NCBI GenBank assembly: GCA_051294905.1
Contig: JBPPKV010000017.1
Span: 806,001 to 870,000 of the forward strand
Reading direction: 5' to 3'
Length of the DNA stretch: 64,000 bases
DNA from: Botryllus schlosseri
Lineage: Eukaryota
Positions 1 to 13,000 of the stretch are shown one piece after another. The notes beneath the pieces are model-generated. The model was not told the origin of the DNA. It searched no databases and worked only from the letters and a program-made list of their open reading frames with translations. The position numbers and the translations under genes were made by a program. The first letter of the stretch is position 1. Each line of letters begins with the position of its first letter.

Positions 1-299
1 GATCCACAATATTTGTTATTAACGTATACTAGTCGCGCAAAGTGTTCAAATCGTATTCGATACAACTTGTCCGTATTGCTCTTCGCCTAAACTTGGTGCC
101 TTATGGGGTGGCGCCATGCCATGATATTCTCTAAAACGGGGTCTTCTAGTAAACAAAGGGTTTATATCGCATTTTCATATCAATGCTATAATTTACATCT
201 CATCTCCTCGGATGCATCAATACGAATCAAGCTCTCTGCACCTTCTGCATAGCTCAATTTGCAGCTTACAGTCCGTGCGAACGAATTAAGACTGTTTTC

Positions 300-469
300 A
301 AAACTACTTACTTACTTGAGTAGATTTAAAGTCGGTCAATTCTACTTCTACTTCAAGTAGTTTTAGGCTGCTTATGGGAGAAGTACTTCTACTTGTACTT
401 GAGTAGATTTTGTCGTCGCTACTTCTACTTCGACTTGAGTAGCTTTCTTGACTACTTTGACCACCTCTG
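300..469. mobile_element. End of MITE family F (CTACTTCTACTTGAGTAG subterminal repeats)
   Basis: Ends CTACTTTGACCACCTCTG. Related pieces occur at ~9590-9673 and, inverted, at 60366-60450. Confidence 0.7.
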
Positions 470-1016
470 GTGATTTCGCGCTATATTTCTTATTTCGTCG
501 CGTCATTAACCTACCAAATCAATATAGTTTGCGCTGCTGTAAATTGCCTATAGAACTACCCTGTTGAAGTACTGAGATATCTCAATCATAGATGGGACCA
601 CCGAGATTGGCGTTACAATATTTCCGATAAAACATCAAAGATGTGTCGGTGTTGATGTTTCGACAGATTAATGCTACGATGGCGCATTGGTTTCATCGCC
701 TGGTATGGTTATCTGAATTTCAATCATAAAAAGTGATGTAAATCTATCCAAATACCACTCGACAAATTAAGAATGTAAACAGTGAGTTTGACCGCATAAA
801 CTACTCAATTAGAAACGGAAGTAATCTACAACCCCACTGCATGAGTGTAATGTGTATAACATTAACAAAGATATTGGAATAAATGAAATATGGCATTACG
901 GATCATATTATGTGGAAGACGACAAGTCTTAAACTGATTGTGAGAAACTGTGTCATAATGAACAAGGATATATCACATTTTTACTTCAGTCACCGACGCA
1001 GTGCTGCGGTACTTAC

Positions 1017-4000
1017 GGATGCATTTTGGTAGTTCAGCCCTCCAGTTGCCGCCACGACCGCAAGATACTTGCTGATACGCTTTATTGAGCTTGTATCCGC
1101 GGCTGCAGTAGAACGTGATCTTTTCCCCGTAAGAGTAGGAGTATTTATTCCCCGGGTAGAAGAAGGCGTAGGAATAGGGACGGGGAACGCCGCAGTTTTC
1201 TGGAATACGAGTATATTGTGTTACGATTAGAGCATTTAATTTTGAACAGCCACATAAAATTAATATTTGCAGTTAGTGAATTTCCCACCCACCCCCCACC
1301 ATAGCGAATGAATATCGGTAAATTATCCCCACAAACATCCACCCTCTTAATTATCAGATAATTATAAACTGGTCGTGTTCTATTAGGCTACTTTCCCCAT
1401 CCTTTAACGAGTATAAAGTCAGGCGAAGAGTATGTTTCGTTATGGAAGTCAACACAGTTTTAGTTACCATACTCAATTGCTTTGTAGTGTGCACTATGAC
1501 ATTTATTGTAGCGATGCATTGTGCTTTCACTTTTTTTGGTACTGTCCGACTGCATCGGCGTCAGGGCGTGTTAATACAGTCACTGGGGCAGCTGGTACAT
1601 ATAGGTTTATCAGCTACATGAAATTATTATTTACACAGTCTCCCATTAGAAGTATTTAAAATACGTTGTTGGCTATTGTTTGCTTGTTTGGTGTATTCGT
1701 CTATTTGTCCACTAGTACGGTCGTTGGTCAGTGGTCACTTACACCTGGCCGATAATTTTCATTTTTATTCCGTAACTGCCGACTTCTAGCGCGGCCCACT
1801 TCTAGGATTGTTATAAGACCGCTTACGCTGGTTAGATGGCGAGGAGGAGCCAAGACATACCTTAAGCACTTAAGTAGGAATTGTTTGTCGGCTATATATG
1901 AACAATTGAGCATGGAGATCGTATAAAGTTAAAATCGTGTTCTCATCATCATTTTGTGGATTTACTTCCAGATCAAGCAATCACCACATCGTACGGAAGC
2001 TTATAAACATCAGACACGGTTTCTCAATAAATGATTATATCGCCCAAAGTAGCGGTAGGCCTATAACCGTTTAATTATTCGAACAAATGCTCATTGAGAC
2101 TTGCTGTGACACTAATATTTACAACCGTGTTTCTTTTAGTCAATCAACAGTTTCAACTTGTCTCATTGCTTTGAATGTGTTATCCAAATCACTTACTGTT
2201 GCACATGGGGGCCTTGTTATCCCAGTTTCCGTCATCCATACATGTCATGTAGGAATACCTGGAACCGTGGTACGACATTTGGTATTCTGACTTGCAGCGG
2301 TATTGCACTCGCTCGCCCTTGCGGTAGTACATTTTCATTGGATAGTAGTACCCGTGCATTACATCGTTTCCCATGCAGTACTCTGTAAATGAATCAACTT
2401 TTGTAAAGGATGTAATCTAATTGTTGCGGACATGATACGAAACCTATTCGGTAATATGATTTAAAATAAAAAATCTGTTCCATACAAAGCTACTATAGCG
2501 AACCAAGAGTGAATTGCAGAATGCAGAATCTTACCCTTGCACTTCTGCGGCTCGCCGTCCCAGTTTCCGTCCTTCATACACTTCGCGTGTTTGCGGTAGT
2601 TGGCAGGGGCGTAGTACCCGTAATCGCATTCAAACTTGATGTATTCGCCTTCCATGTATCGCATCTTGGAATACGCCACGTGGTTGTAGGCGCGGTGATC
2701 TGGCACTTTGCAGTATTCTTAAGGGATATCATTCGGATTAGCATGGCAAAGTGCGTGAAAGCGGATATACTTAATTGGGAAAAGTTGAATACGCTGTTTA
2801 TATAGCCTACAAAATTATCTTGCAAGTATAAATATAACAGTATCTGTGTGGGCTTTCTTTGCTACACCCAATACGTTGTGGTCGCAGGACCATGGGTAAA
2901 CAGAGTATATTAACTTGTGCACGCAAATACCATTTCCTGCCCATATTCTGTTAGATTTGTTCCGAAAAGCGTCAATTGTCCTCCATGACAATATCTGATA
3001 TGATTCCGTAACATGAATGCTGAATTTTACCCAAGCAGCTAGACATTCTATCATAAGCAGAGGATCTGATAGATTAATACTATCCACAGAGAAGTAGCAG
3101 GTTGTTGAGAATTTTTGACGGATTCTATATAGGATAACATATGACCGGAACGAGCACCACCTTAGTCTATTACCTAATACCTACACGCACGGATAAGATA
3201 TTGTACGCGAACATATAAACTTTGTGCGATAATTGGGCAGGATAGAAATACTTTCATTAAACTCCGTAAATTCTTACTGGTTGGCATCCTTTTGCACTTC
3301 GGTAATGTGTCCCAATTGCCGTCCATCTGGCAGGAAGAGTAATATTTCATCATCATTCCCTCGTTGTACTTGTAATACCCTGGTTTGCACTTCACGTATA
3401 TCTGGTCTTCGGTGTCGTAGTATTTCATCTCGGGTTCGTAGTAGCCGTGTTCTACCATTGGCGGGGAGCAGTATTCTGAGAAAGATGGTATTCTGAACTG
3501 ATTGGGAATATGATTACTTGAGTTCCACAAAACGGCTCTCGTAGTCAATTCTGCTTTGACCCTTGATTGCAATGATTCGAATATACAATAAAGATTGAGT
3601 GTTCATGATTACCAGATCTAGCCCTTGTCCATACAATAACTCTGATTACAGGTAGAATTGTCATTTCAATCGAGCGCGTCATTTCAACCGTAGACATAGA
3701 ATGTTCAATTCGTTGGATGATTAACACAGGGCGATGCATATCATTTAGTTTTCGGTAACCAATTAACTTGTTCTTTTTGATAATAACTTGGAGTCGACTT
3801 TTATTAAAATATGCCAACCTATTTACTACCAACAAAAGGAGTTCATGTACCACATAAATATAGTACCTTGAACTTGAACGAAATCTTCACCTCGATTATC
3901 ATTCGTATTTTCATGTCGGTGACGTCATGCTTGGTGATTGGATTGTTGATATACTCTGTTCTTTCTACTTCTCAACTAGTTTTTTTATGTCATAATGACC

Positions 4001-7000
4001 AGTAAATAATTGACTGGTAATCGAACCGTTCAGGAAGGTACTGAGACACCATAGGATTTGTATGGCTGGGGAAAATCGATTCCTAAACGAGTGTTAAGCT
4101 TGTGGTCGATTATTTGAGTATCACTCATTATGACATTTTAACTATAGGCCTACAATGTGTCTACTCTACACTTGAATTTCAGTAGCTGCCCGGATATTCG
4201 ATACATACTTTTACCGATCTTCATACACTTGGGTTGCTTCCGAGTCCATTTTCCATCTCTACCGCAATAGTTGTAGACGTACGCGTTGTCATCATGGTAC
4301 TTGAGTCGGTATCCAATAGCACACTGGTAATATACTCTGTCGCCCGGTTTGTAACTAGCCTTCATCGGTGAATAGACGCCATGTGGTACCATCATATGCA
4401 TACAAGAGCCTGTAAACGATATGATGATATTCGTCGGTTAGAGACATCGGGCTAGTTCGAAATGCATCTACTCCTAGTGGTGCTACCTCAGTACGAGTAG
4501 CCTAAAAGTAGTGGTCTCAAAGGCGTGTCAAAATACTCCAATTCGAAGTAGAAATGGGAGGTTTGAAAAGTATTCAAGTTTCAAAACGTAAAATAGATTA
4601 AAGCGTCGCATAAATATTGTAATCAAACTGAGGTAATCTATTTTCCATATAGAAAAATGCATTTTGATACCATCGCAATGACGAATGACTATTGAAAGAT
4701 TTACGATTCAGGACAATGGTCGAATAAAATATTGAAGTACAGTCACAAAGGACTCTCTCACTCGTGAAAGTGATACAAACCTATCAAAGAACTACTTTCC
4801 GCTTCACAGATTCTGAGGAGTAACTAATTCAGTGCTTTGGTACTAAATCTGTCGGGAAAAAGAAGTAGCCTCGCGTATAAGCATTGAAATTTGAGCACGT
4901 AGTCTGAGTAACCAATGCCTGCTTGAGTACATTAGTAGAATAATTTGGTGACTGATACTGATCGTCTCCAACGGTAAGATGCCATAGTATATGTTTAACA
5001 TTATAAACGCTTCAAACGGAGTATAATGTTTGATACCTGCTGTCATCTTCTTGCACGTTGGCGGCTTCATGTCCCACATGCGATCCTGTCCACAAGTCGC
5101 GTACGAATAGTATTTGCCTTCGTAGTGCTTGTAATATCCCTCGTTACACTTGAAACGGAGTTGGTTACCGACGGAGTACATTTTCCTGCTGGGCTTGAGT
5201 GTGCCATGTTCGAATTTCGGCATTTTGCAGTACACTGTTATCGGAAAATACTAGTCACGCCTTCAGCAGGGGAATGTCTTTGTAAAACATCGGGTAAGGG
5301 TCAGCAAGAAAGCAGACACATTAGAATTACACCAAATTAATCAGTAATGTTTTAGTTGTTGAGTAAGTGCCGCCATAGTTGCTGTAGTTACTATTATACG
5401 TAGAAAAAGTCGTCTCGATATGGAGTTGCAATTTCCGATTATATATATATATTACCCGCTACTGGGCAAAGCATTTGCTGTCTTGTCGTAAGACGGCAAG
5501 TAAATAGTGGTAACACTCTCGTTCGGGACTTGGTCTATATCTCACTAATTGGATAACCAATTTCCTCTTCGTATTTGGTCAAATGAACATGCACGGACAA
5601 AAACGCTGTATGTCAGCATTGTATAATCTTATAGCCTAAAAATAAAATTTCGCTGCATTTCAGGCGATTTCAAATTTTGCCAAAATGATTTTCGGTTGCG
5701 ACTCGTACCGAGTATAATATATTTTAGGTATGAGAGTGTGTTAGATTTCGGTCTTGTGTCAAATAATACTGGTATCGACTAAACGATTCAAAAATTAAAT
5801 TCATAACTTGATATGGCTGTTAGAATAATCGCAATACATACAGTCTACGGTAACGTTACATTGGCCAACCATTCGACGAGAAGAGCACAGGTTCACATTT
5901 TAAAGGACCACATTAAAAAATCTACACGGGATAAGGATTCAGAATTTTTTGCGAAACTGGATTTGGAAATGGAATTTTCAATAATATGAAATTTTCGTGT
6001 TATTACTAACTACTTTATGTGCAGGAATATTCTCGGAATATAGTTTCGATTAACAACAGTTTGACCACTGATTATAAATCGCTCGTAATACTTCCATCAA
6101 CCTACTTTTCTTCATATCCAAGCACTTGGGTGATTTGTACTTCCATTTCCCGTCCATGCAAACGTTATATTCGTATTCTTCTCCTCTGTAAGATTTCTTG
6201 AAGCCCCTGGCACATTGGTAGTAGAGCTTCGAACCTTGTTGATATCTTTCAAACATCGGCCAGTATGATCCATAATAAAATTCCGGCGCGTAGCAATAGC
6301 CTGCAAACAATGGGAACAATGTACACCCAGGTAATTTTAGTCGGCGCCAAACGTACTCATCATCGCCTTCTTGCACATCGGTGGTTTCCTGTCCCAATAC
6401 CCGCCCGGTTTGCACGTAGCGTAGTCGTATCTCTCACCCTCGTAGTAGAGCTTGTAACCGTCTTTGCATTTGTAGCTGACTTTCTCGCCGTACGCATATT
6501 TGGATTTGGACGTCATGACCATACCGTGTTCAATCACGGGAGCATCGCAATGAGCTGAACATAAGTGTGCCGTGTAGAGGTAAGCAATATTTTGCTTTAA
6601 GCTAATTATATGTATCAGCTACTCGATTAAAATCATTGTTAAATAAAACTTGAAGGTTTTAAAATGGGGCAAAGCCGTCAGCATTCCAAGCATACATCTT
6701 GCAATCTTGCATTAACATAGCATTCGAGATTTATTAAAACCCTCCTTCACTCTATTCTGACTTCAGCATTTAATTTTATAGGAATTCGTTTTGATGCTAA
6801 AAGCTATAAGCCAGGGGTGTCAAACATAGGGCCCGCGAAGCTAAGATTGCTAAATTAAAATGATTATATTAGTTCGCACATTTAATTCCAAAGTTCTCTC
6901 TCGACAGCAAATGCGAAGTACGCTCACTGCTCATATACCAAATTATAACATTCTGGCGGCAATGCTGCGCTTTCATAAGTAGCAAGTCGGTGACATTGGT

Positions 7001-10000
7001 ACCAAATAGTGAGGCGGTTAGGAGAAACGCAAGCCACCAGTTCAGTTCATGAACCGAAAGCTAGTCATTCACAGGGACGAAAACGCCATTGTTGAACATA
7101 ATGCACGTAAACCTTCATTGTGCTCGAAGAATACAGTGTAAATATCTGCGGGTGCGCTTCTCGGAGGAAAACGGTCCCCGGCCGCAGTAACTCATTTGAT
7201 CCGTATTATATCCAGCATTCATGCCATTCTAGATTATATTTTAGTTGTGCTTACATAATTATTTAGGCTCCACTTTCATGAGTGAGTTTAATGCTTCCAA
7301 GTTTTTTATCATAGAGTCAATGAGTTGGGTTTCATTGCTAAATTCCAATTTCGTTGGTATGGATATATATAACTACGCTGTCGAGTTAAAATCTGTCACG
7401 TACGTTGATTGCAGTTTGGGCTTCAATGACATCATATGCTGAGCAAGAGAAGCCTATACTAGTAATTAATACGCGGCAGTGATCCTTAGATTTTCATACG
7501 TAAACCCGAAGCAGCTACGGCCTGTAAAAATGAATTCTCACGGATATCACACTTTAGTCTGTGGACGTGAACTCAGTTTATTAAAAAACTGCATTAACGT
7601 CATGATAGATATCGGCAATAATGCGAAGACAAAAGTAGCTTTGACTCTATATTTTTGTGATCACCGTGACAGTTCATACAAGCCATAGGAAAGCTAGATT
7701 ACAATTTAATACGTAATACATATTTTGAGGGTGAATAGAAACGGAAGTCCGGGTACCACGATCTTGGGTTTCACGAAACAGGTCTCCATACCTTTCGTGG
7801 CCAATTTGCACATTGGATGCATGAATTTCCAATTTCCATCGCCCATACATATGTTGTATTCAAACCAATCTTCGCCGTACACCAGCGTGTATCCTTCCTC
7901 GCATTTGGTGTAGTAGAGACGATCTCCTGCACTGTACAGCTTCAATGCCGGCGTGTACTTTCCATGCTCGAAATTCGGTGGGTTGCAGTAATCTGTAGCA
8001 ACAAGAATTTTCAGTCGAGACACGGTTTGTTTTGAATGGATCGCTTTGATTCACAAAAATGAAGCGTCATCTGTATAGTAGGTAGTAGACACAATTTACC
8101 AGTGATAGTTACCTTTATTTTCGTTACCATCAAAAGATCATTATTTCCTAATATGTTCTATTATCAAATGTAATGGCAAGAAAGAAAGAATGCAGACTTA
8201 CCCATCTTGTGGCTTTTGCACATCGGCGGATCTTTGTCCCAAATGCCATCTCTTCGGCATGTAGCATACTCGTACTGATCCTTCCAATAATACATACCGT
8301 ATCCATAATTGCACTTGAATCGCAAACGGTCCCCATAGTTGTATCGCCTCATTTTAGGGTGGTACATGCCGTGCATGATTTTCGGAGAGTAGCAGTAATC
8401 TGAAGGAAATCATTCAATCAACTAAGCCAACCGGGAAAACGTATTCACCACATCTCGTCTTCAGCTATTGTTTGGCATTGTGTGACATACAATTCGCTCA
8501 ATAGACGTAGGCTTAGACTGCGTAGACTTTTCAGGGTGATTGGAAATCTTACTTTTGTGCGCAGATTTGCACATGGGCGGCGGGTGATTCCACATTCCGT
8601 TTTCGCACATGGCGTAGTCGTATTTTTCCATGTCATAATGCAATTTGTAACCTTCGTCGCAGTCATAGTACACTTTTTCTCCGTCTTTGTACCAGCTTTT
8701 GTTCGGTCTTCGTTTGCCGTACATTACGTCATGTCCCACGCAACCAGCTGAATTCAATATGGGATGAATCATTTCGAGAATCTAGCGAAAGTAGCCTACA
8801 ACTGTCCAAGCCTACTTCGATGAATCTAAATTGCTTGTCCCGCAGATTAGTACGCTTTTGAATTTATGACGCTTCTGTACAATATGTCTATATTATCTAT
8901 TGTAAATGTCTAAGAGAAACGACAAAACTACTCTAGACGCCATTTTGTATATGTGACGCCATATTGCTTTTCAAAAAGAAAGCGTCATCTGTTCGCATAT
9001 TTCCTGCTTATGAGTATGATAATTAATATATATATATTATTACTCTTGTAGAGTCCTGTCAAAGAATCCGTTTCTATATAGACTCAGTTTGAGGAACTAA
9101 GTAAAATACTTGACGAAAATTATAGGAGGAAACCTCTTGAGAATTAAGTTCAAATAACTGAAAACCCGTATTCCAAGCAGAAAAAAGCGGCGATAATAAG
9201 GTTCATATCACATACTTCTATAACACGCATATGCGTTTTTGAAATTTTATGTTGGACAATTTATATCCATCACGTTATTGTGGTTTTGTGATATTCCGAC
9301 GATTTATATGTTTAATTTTGAGTGAAATATAGTTTGTTGAGAAGTTTGAATCGATTTTAATAATGAATGCCACACGAATTGTGCGATGAAGGTGCTGTAC
9401 CTGCCCACTCCAGCTGAATATATTTTTGAAGATCGTATGCATCTGTAAGGTCAGTCAGTTGGCGTTAGTCTGAAAGATCTCTTAACTTCGGAAGTAGCCA
9501 CATACGTTGCCTGCTATAATTATGCGAGCTCTCGGCCAAATCTAGTCTTAGAACTTTTATTACTTCAGTAATTCCTAGACCTATTATTTTTTCACAAGTA
9601 ATTGAGTACAAATTTAGAGCATAACTACTACTTTTACTACTTGAGTAGCAACGTTAACCACTTTGGCACCTCTATAAATTAAACAGTATCAATAACATGT
9701 TGAAAGCATAAAGGTCGTGCGCATATTGTAAATGCGGTTACAAAATATGTATTTAGCAACAATATAAATGCCTTACATCCACTAGAGTGCTTCATGCTCT
9801 TGCACTTGGGAGGATCGAAGTCCCATTTACCATCTTTGCCACAAGTGCGATATTCATACCAGTCATTTTCGAAAAACAGCCCGTATCCCTCTTTGCATCT
9901 GTGGTACATTCTATCTCCTTCCGTATACATTTTCATGTCAGGGAAATGATAGCCATGTCCGACCATGCTCGGCATGCAATATTCTGAAACGTAGTGGGAA

Positions 10001-13000
10001 TTTTGCATTTGTTAGCGTTCGGACATGATGGGATAGTTCCATATTGGCTGATATCGCATTGAAAACTCACTCATATTCATGGGTCTGCATTTAGGTGCTT
10101 CGAAGTCCCAGTTTCCATCGTTCTTGCACGTGGCGTATTGAAACCAGTCTTTGTCGAAGAACAACTTGTATCCGTCCTTGCATTTGAAAGATATGCGTTC
10201 CCCTTTCTGGTATTTCTTTTTCATGGGCATGACCATTCCGTTGAAGTCAGGTTTCTTGCACATTACTGATAAACATTTAATTTGGATATATCTAGAGCAG
10301 GTACTTTCGTTTTGATATTAAGAAACAGTTTATTCAGAAAAGGACTACGGCTGATACTTCTAATGTAGCAAAACTTCAAAGATTCCGATTTCCAAGTCAC
10401 ATGTTGCTTAACCATAAATCAATTTCACGAATCCATCTATATCGCCGTACTGAGGGAAGACAAGCACTCAAAAGTTTTCCAATTGTTCGTTTTCGAACAT
10501 TAAGATGACATTTTCCTTGCATTCATCACAATACACTTTTGACAACAACACAATTGACGAAATTATATTAAACGCTGATCCAATTGTAGTATGTCGGAGT
10601 ATAATGTCAATTCTAGTGAGAATATAGGAATTGGGTGATGGCGTGCCACCCGAAATTGTCGCAATTCTTTCAAAATATTTTTATAGAGCGTTGATACACA
10701 TTCCTCATATTTTTACTTGATATAATCTTGTAAATTATGGCAACAATGAAATTCCAAGGGTCAAGTTAAATACTGGGAATGGTGGGAACCTCGGAAAGGT
10801 TCAGGCTCGTGTGAACACGAACCTTTTAAAAGGTTCTGTGTGAACGCGAACGTGAAACTCATGAAGTCACGTGACGTCATATTGCTAATTCCAACCCTAC
10901 ATTTCAGTGAAGTGATATATATTAATATACACGATACCTAACTACGACTCGGGCCACATAATGCCACAATGCTGAAGTACATACTGACTTTTCAAACGTC
11001 GCCAAATGTATCATCAGGGACAATCAAATGATATAATGATTCCATAACATCAGTATCTTCCGCCGCTTTGCCAACAATTTCGACGAGTACTTGCAAGGAA
11101 ATATAAGCTTAGGCTTTAACGGTCTAGGCCAGACCGGACAATGTATTCGGCGTCTGAGTGTTGCTACGTTGATGTTGAGCAGAGTGTGCTATGGGTTTTA
11201 CCCCATTTACAAGTTCTACAGCATCTAGCCCACACCCAAATCGCACGGATTTGGTTTTTATGACGCAGTGAAACATGAAATCGGGACGGACCCCGTACGC
11301 TTGCGAGATTTGTTATATCAGATAACGGTATCAATTTAATTGATTGGTTGAATAAGCGTTATTCGCTGACCACCTGTAGCGTATTTCGCGCTTGATGTTG
11401 TGTGATACAGTGATTGCGGGTCAAGCTTACAGCAGAGAGTCACTAAATATTCACAAACACAAAGTTGGATATTTCGAGCAAACTATTTTGACAAAGCATG
11501 TAAAATTTTTGAGATTGTGAAGGTGCATGCTCGATTAGTGTTGATTTTTTATGCTGCCAGCGCCATGCATAGAGTGGCCCGTAGTTGAAATGTGATAAAT
11601 CTCAACCAATGATGTTATAATGACGTGAAAATTGTAATATATGACAAAGGTTCACAGTGCAGAACCTACCAAGGTTCGTTTGTGAACGTGGACCTCTAAA
11701 TTTCCGAGGATCACACACAGAACGCGAACGTGAACCTCACGTTCTCACCATCTCTAATAAATACCCAATTGCTACAAAATACGAAAGTTAAGTTAATGCT
11801 GAACAGTTGCTATCAGCGCCACAAAAAGTACGAGCTTGAAACAGAATGGTATAGAATGCGCTCAAAGCTTCCCCATAACAACGAACGGTCACCCGTCAGG
11901 TAAAACTGTTGTATATACCTTGTTTCATTACGCATCTGGGCGGCATGAAGTCCCACATCCCATTTTTCATGCAGGTAGCGTATTCATACCATGGTCCGTC
12001 GTAAAATAGCATATATCCTTCGTCGCATTTGTAAGACACCCTGTCCCCGTAATAGTAGTGATTCTTGTTAAGCTGTGGCATCCCATGCTCGATCATTGGT
12101 TTTTCACAGTACTATGAAAAATTGAGATGCCGGTCAATATTCCATACAGGCGCCATTTTAAGTGTTGCAGCATCATTCATTTAGGATAATCTCACGTAAA
12201 AACGCGTATTCCTGGCGTACGGCATGTGATTGTATTTCACATGCTTCGGAGCCGTAGATTTTTCTGTAATGGACGTAATTAGGGTTGCATTTAAAACAAA
12301 AATCAATTAGAAACAAACATGTTTGAAACAAGGCCCTAATTTAAAACATGTTTTTTATTTTTTCAAGCCTTGACGTCTCGAATATCCAATTGTGACATCA
12401 TAATGGAATTTACATTGACAGATGAAAATATAGGGTGAATATAGCTCCTTTGACGAAATATCTGTACTATAACTGTTGAACCGACTATTTTGAGGGTTGC
12501 AACCATCCGATACCGATAAACGTCGGCTAAATTGGGCGGTAATTGTCCGTAGGCTCATACAACATATTTTTCGGAGATTATTTACCCAGTTATGGCATAT
12601 TTTACAACTTGAAAAAAAATGGTAAAATGCCTCTGTTTAAAACACAGTTTAAAGCATGTTTTAAACAAAGTGTTTTAAAACACGGTTTGTTTTATATGCA
12701 ACCCTAGACGTAATTGTGCATCTGATGATTGTAGGGAGGCAATCCAAGCCGGGACAAGTTACGTTTCTACGAAATATTGCTTACAAAATCTTATAATTTT
12801 CAAGTAATGGTAGATATAAAAATTCTAATCGGCGTACTATAAGGGTTCTCGAAAAAAAAAAGTATTGTTTCATTGTATAACACAATGTACAGTTACTCGT
12901 CAAATTTAAAGTTACAAACATAAGTATAACCATGTCCCTGCCCTACACCTAATTTCCTATCGCACTCACTTGCACTTTCACATTTATACGGCATATTGTC

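Noticed and set aside
2820-3000. Possible extra decayed CCP exon (YCHGG...YGQEMVFAC)
   Set aside because: The C1-C2 spacing (22) does not match the neighbouring modules (~27), the splice phase does not fit and stops follow. Likely chance.
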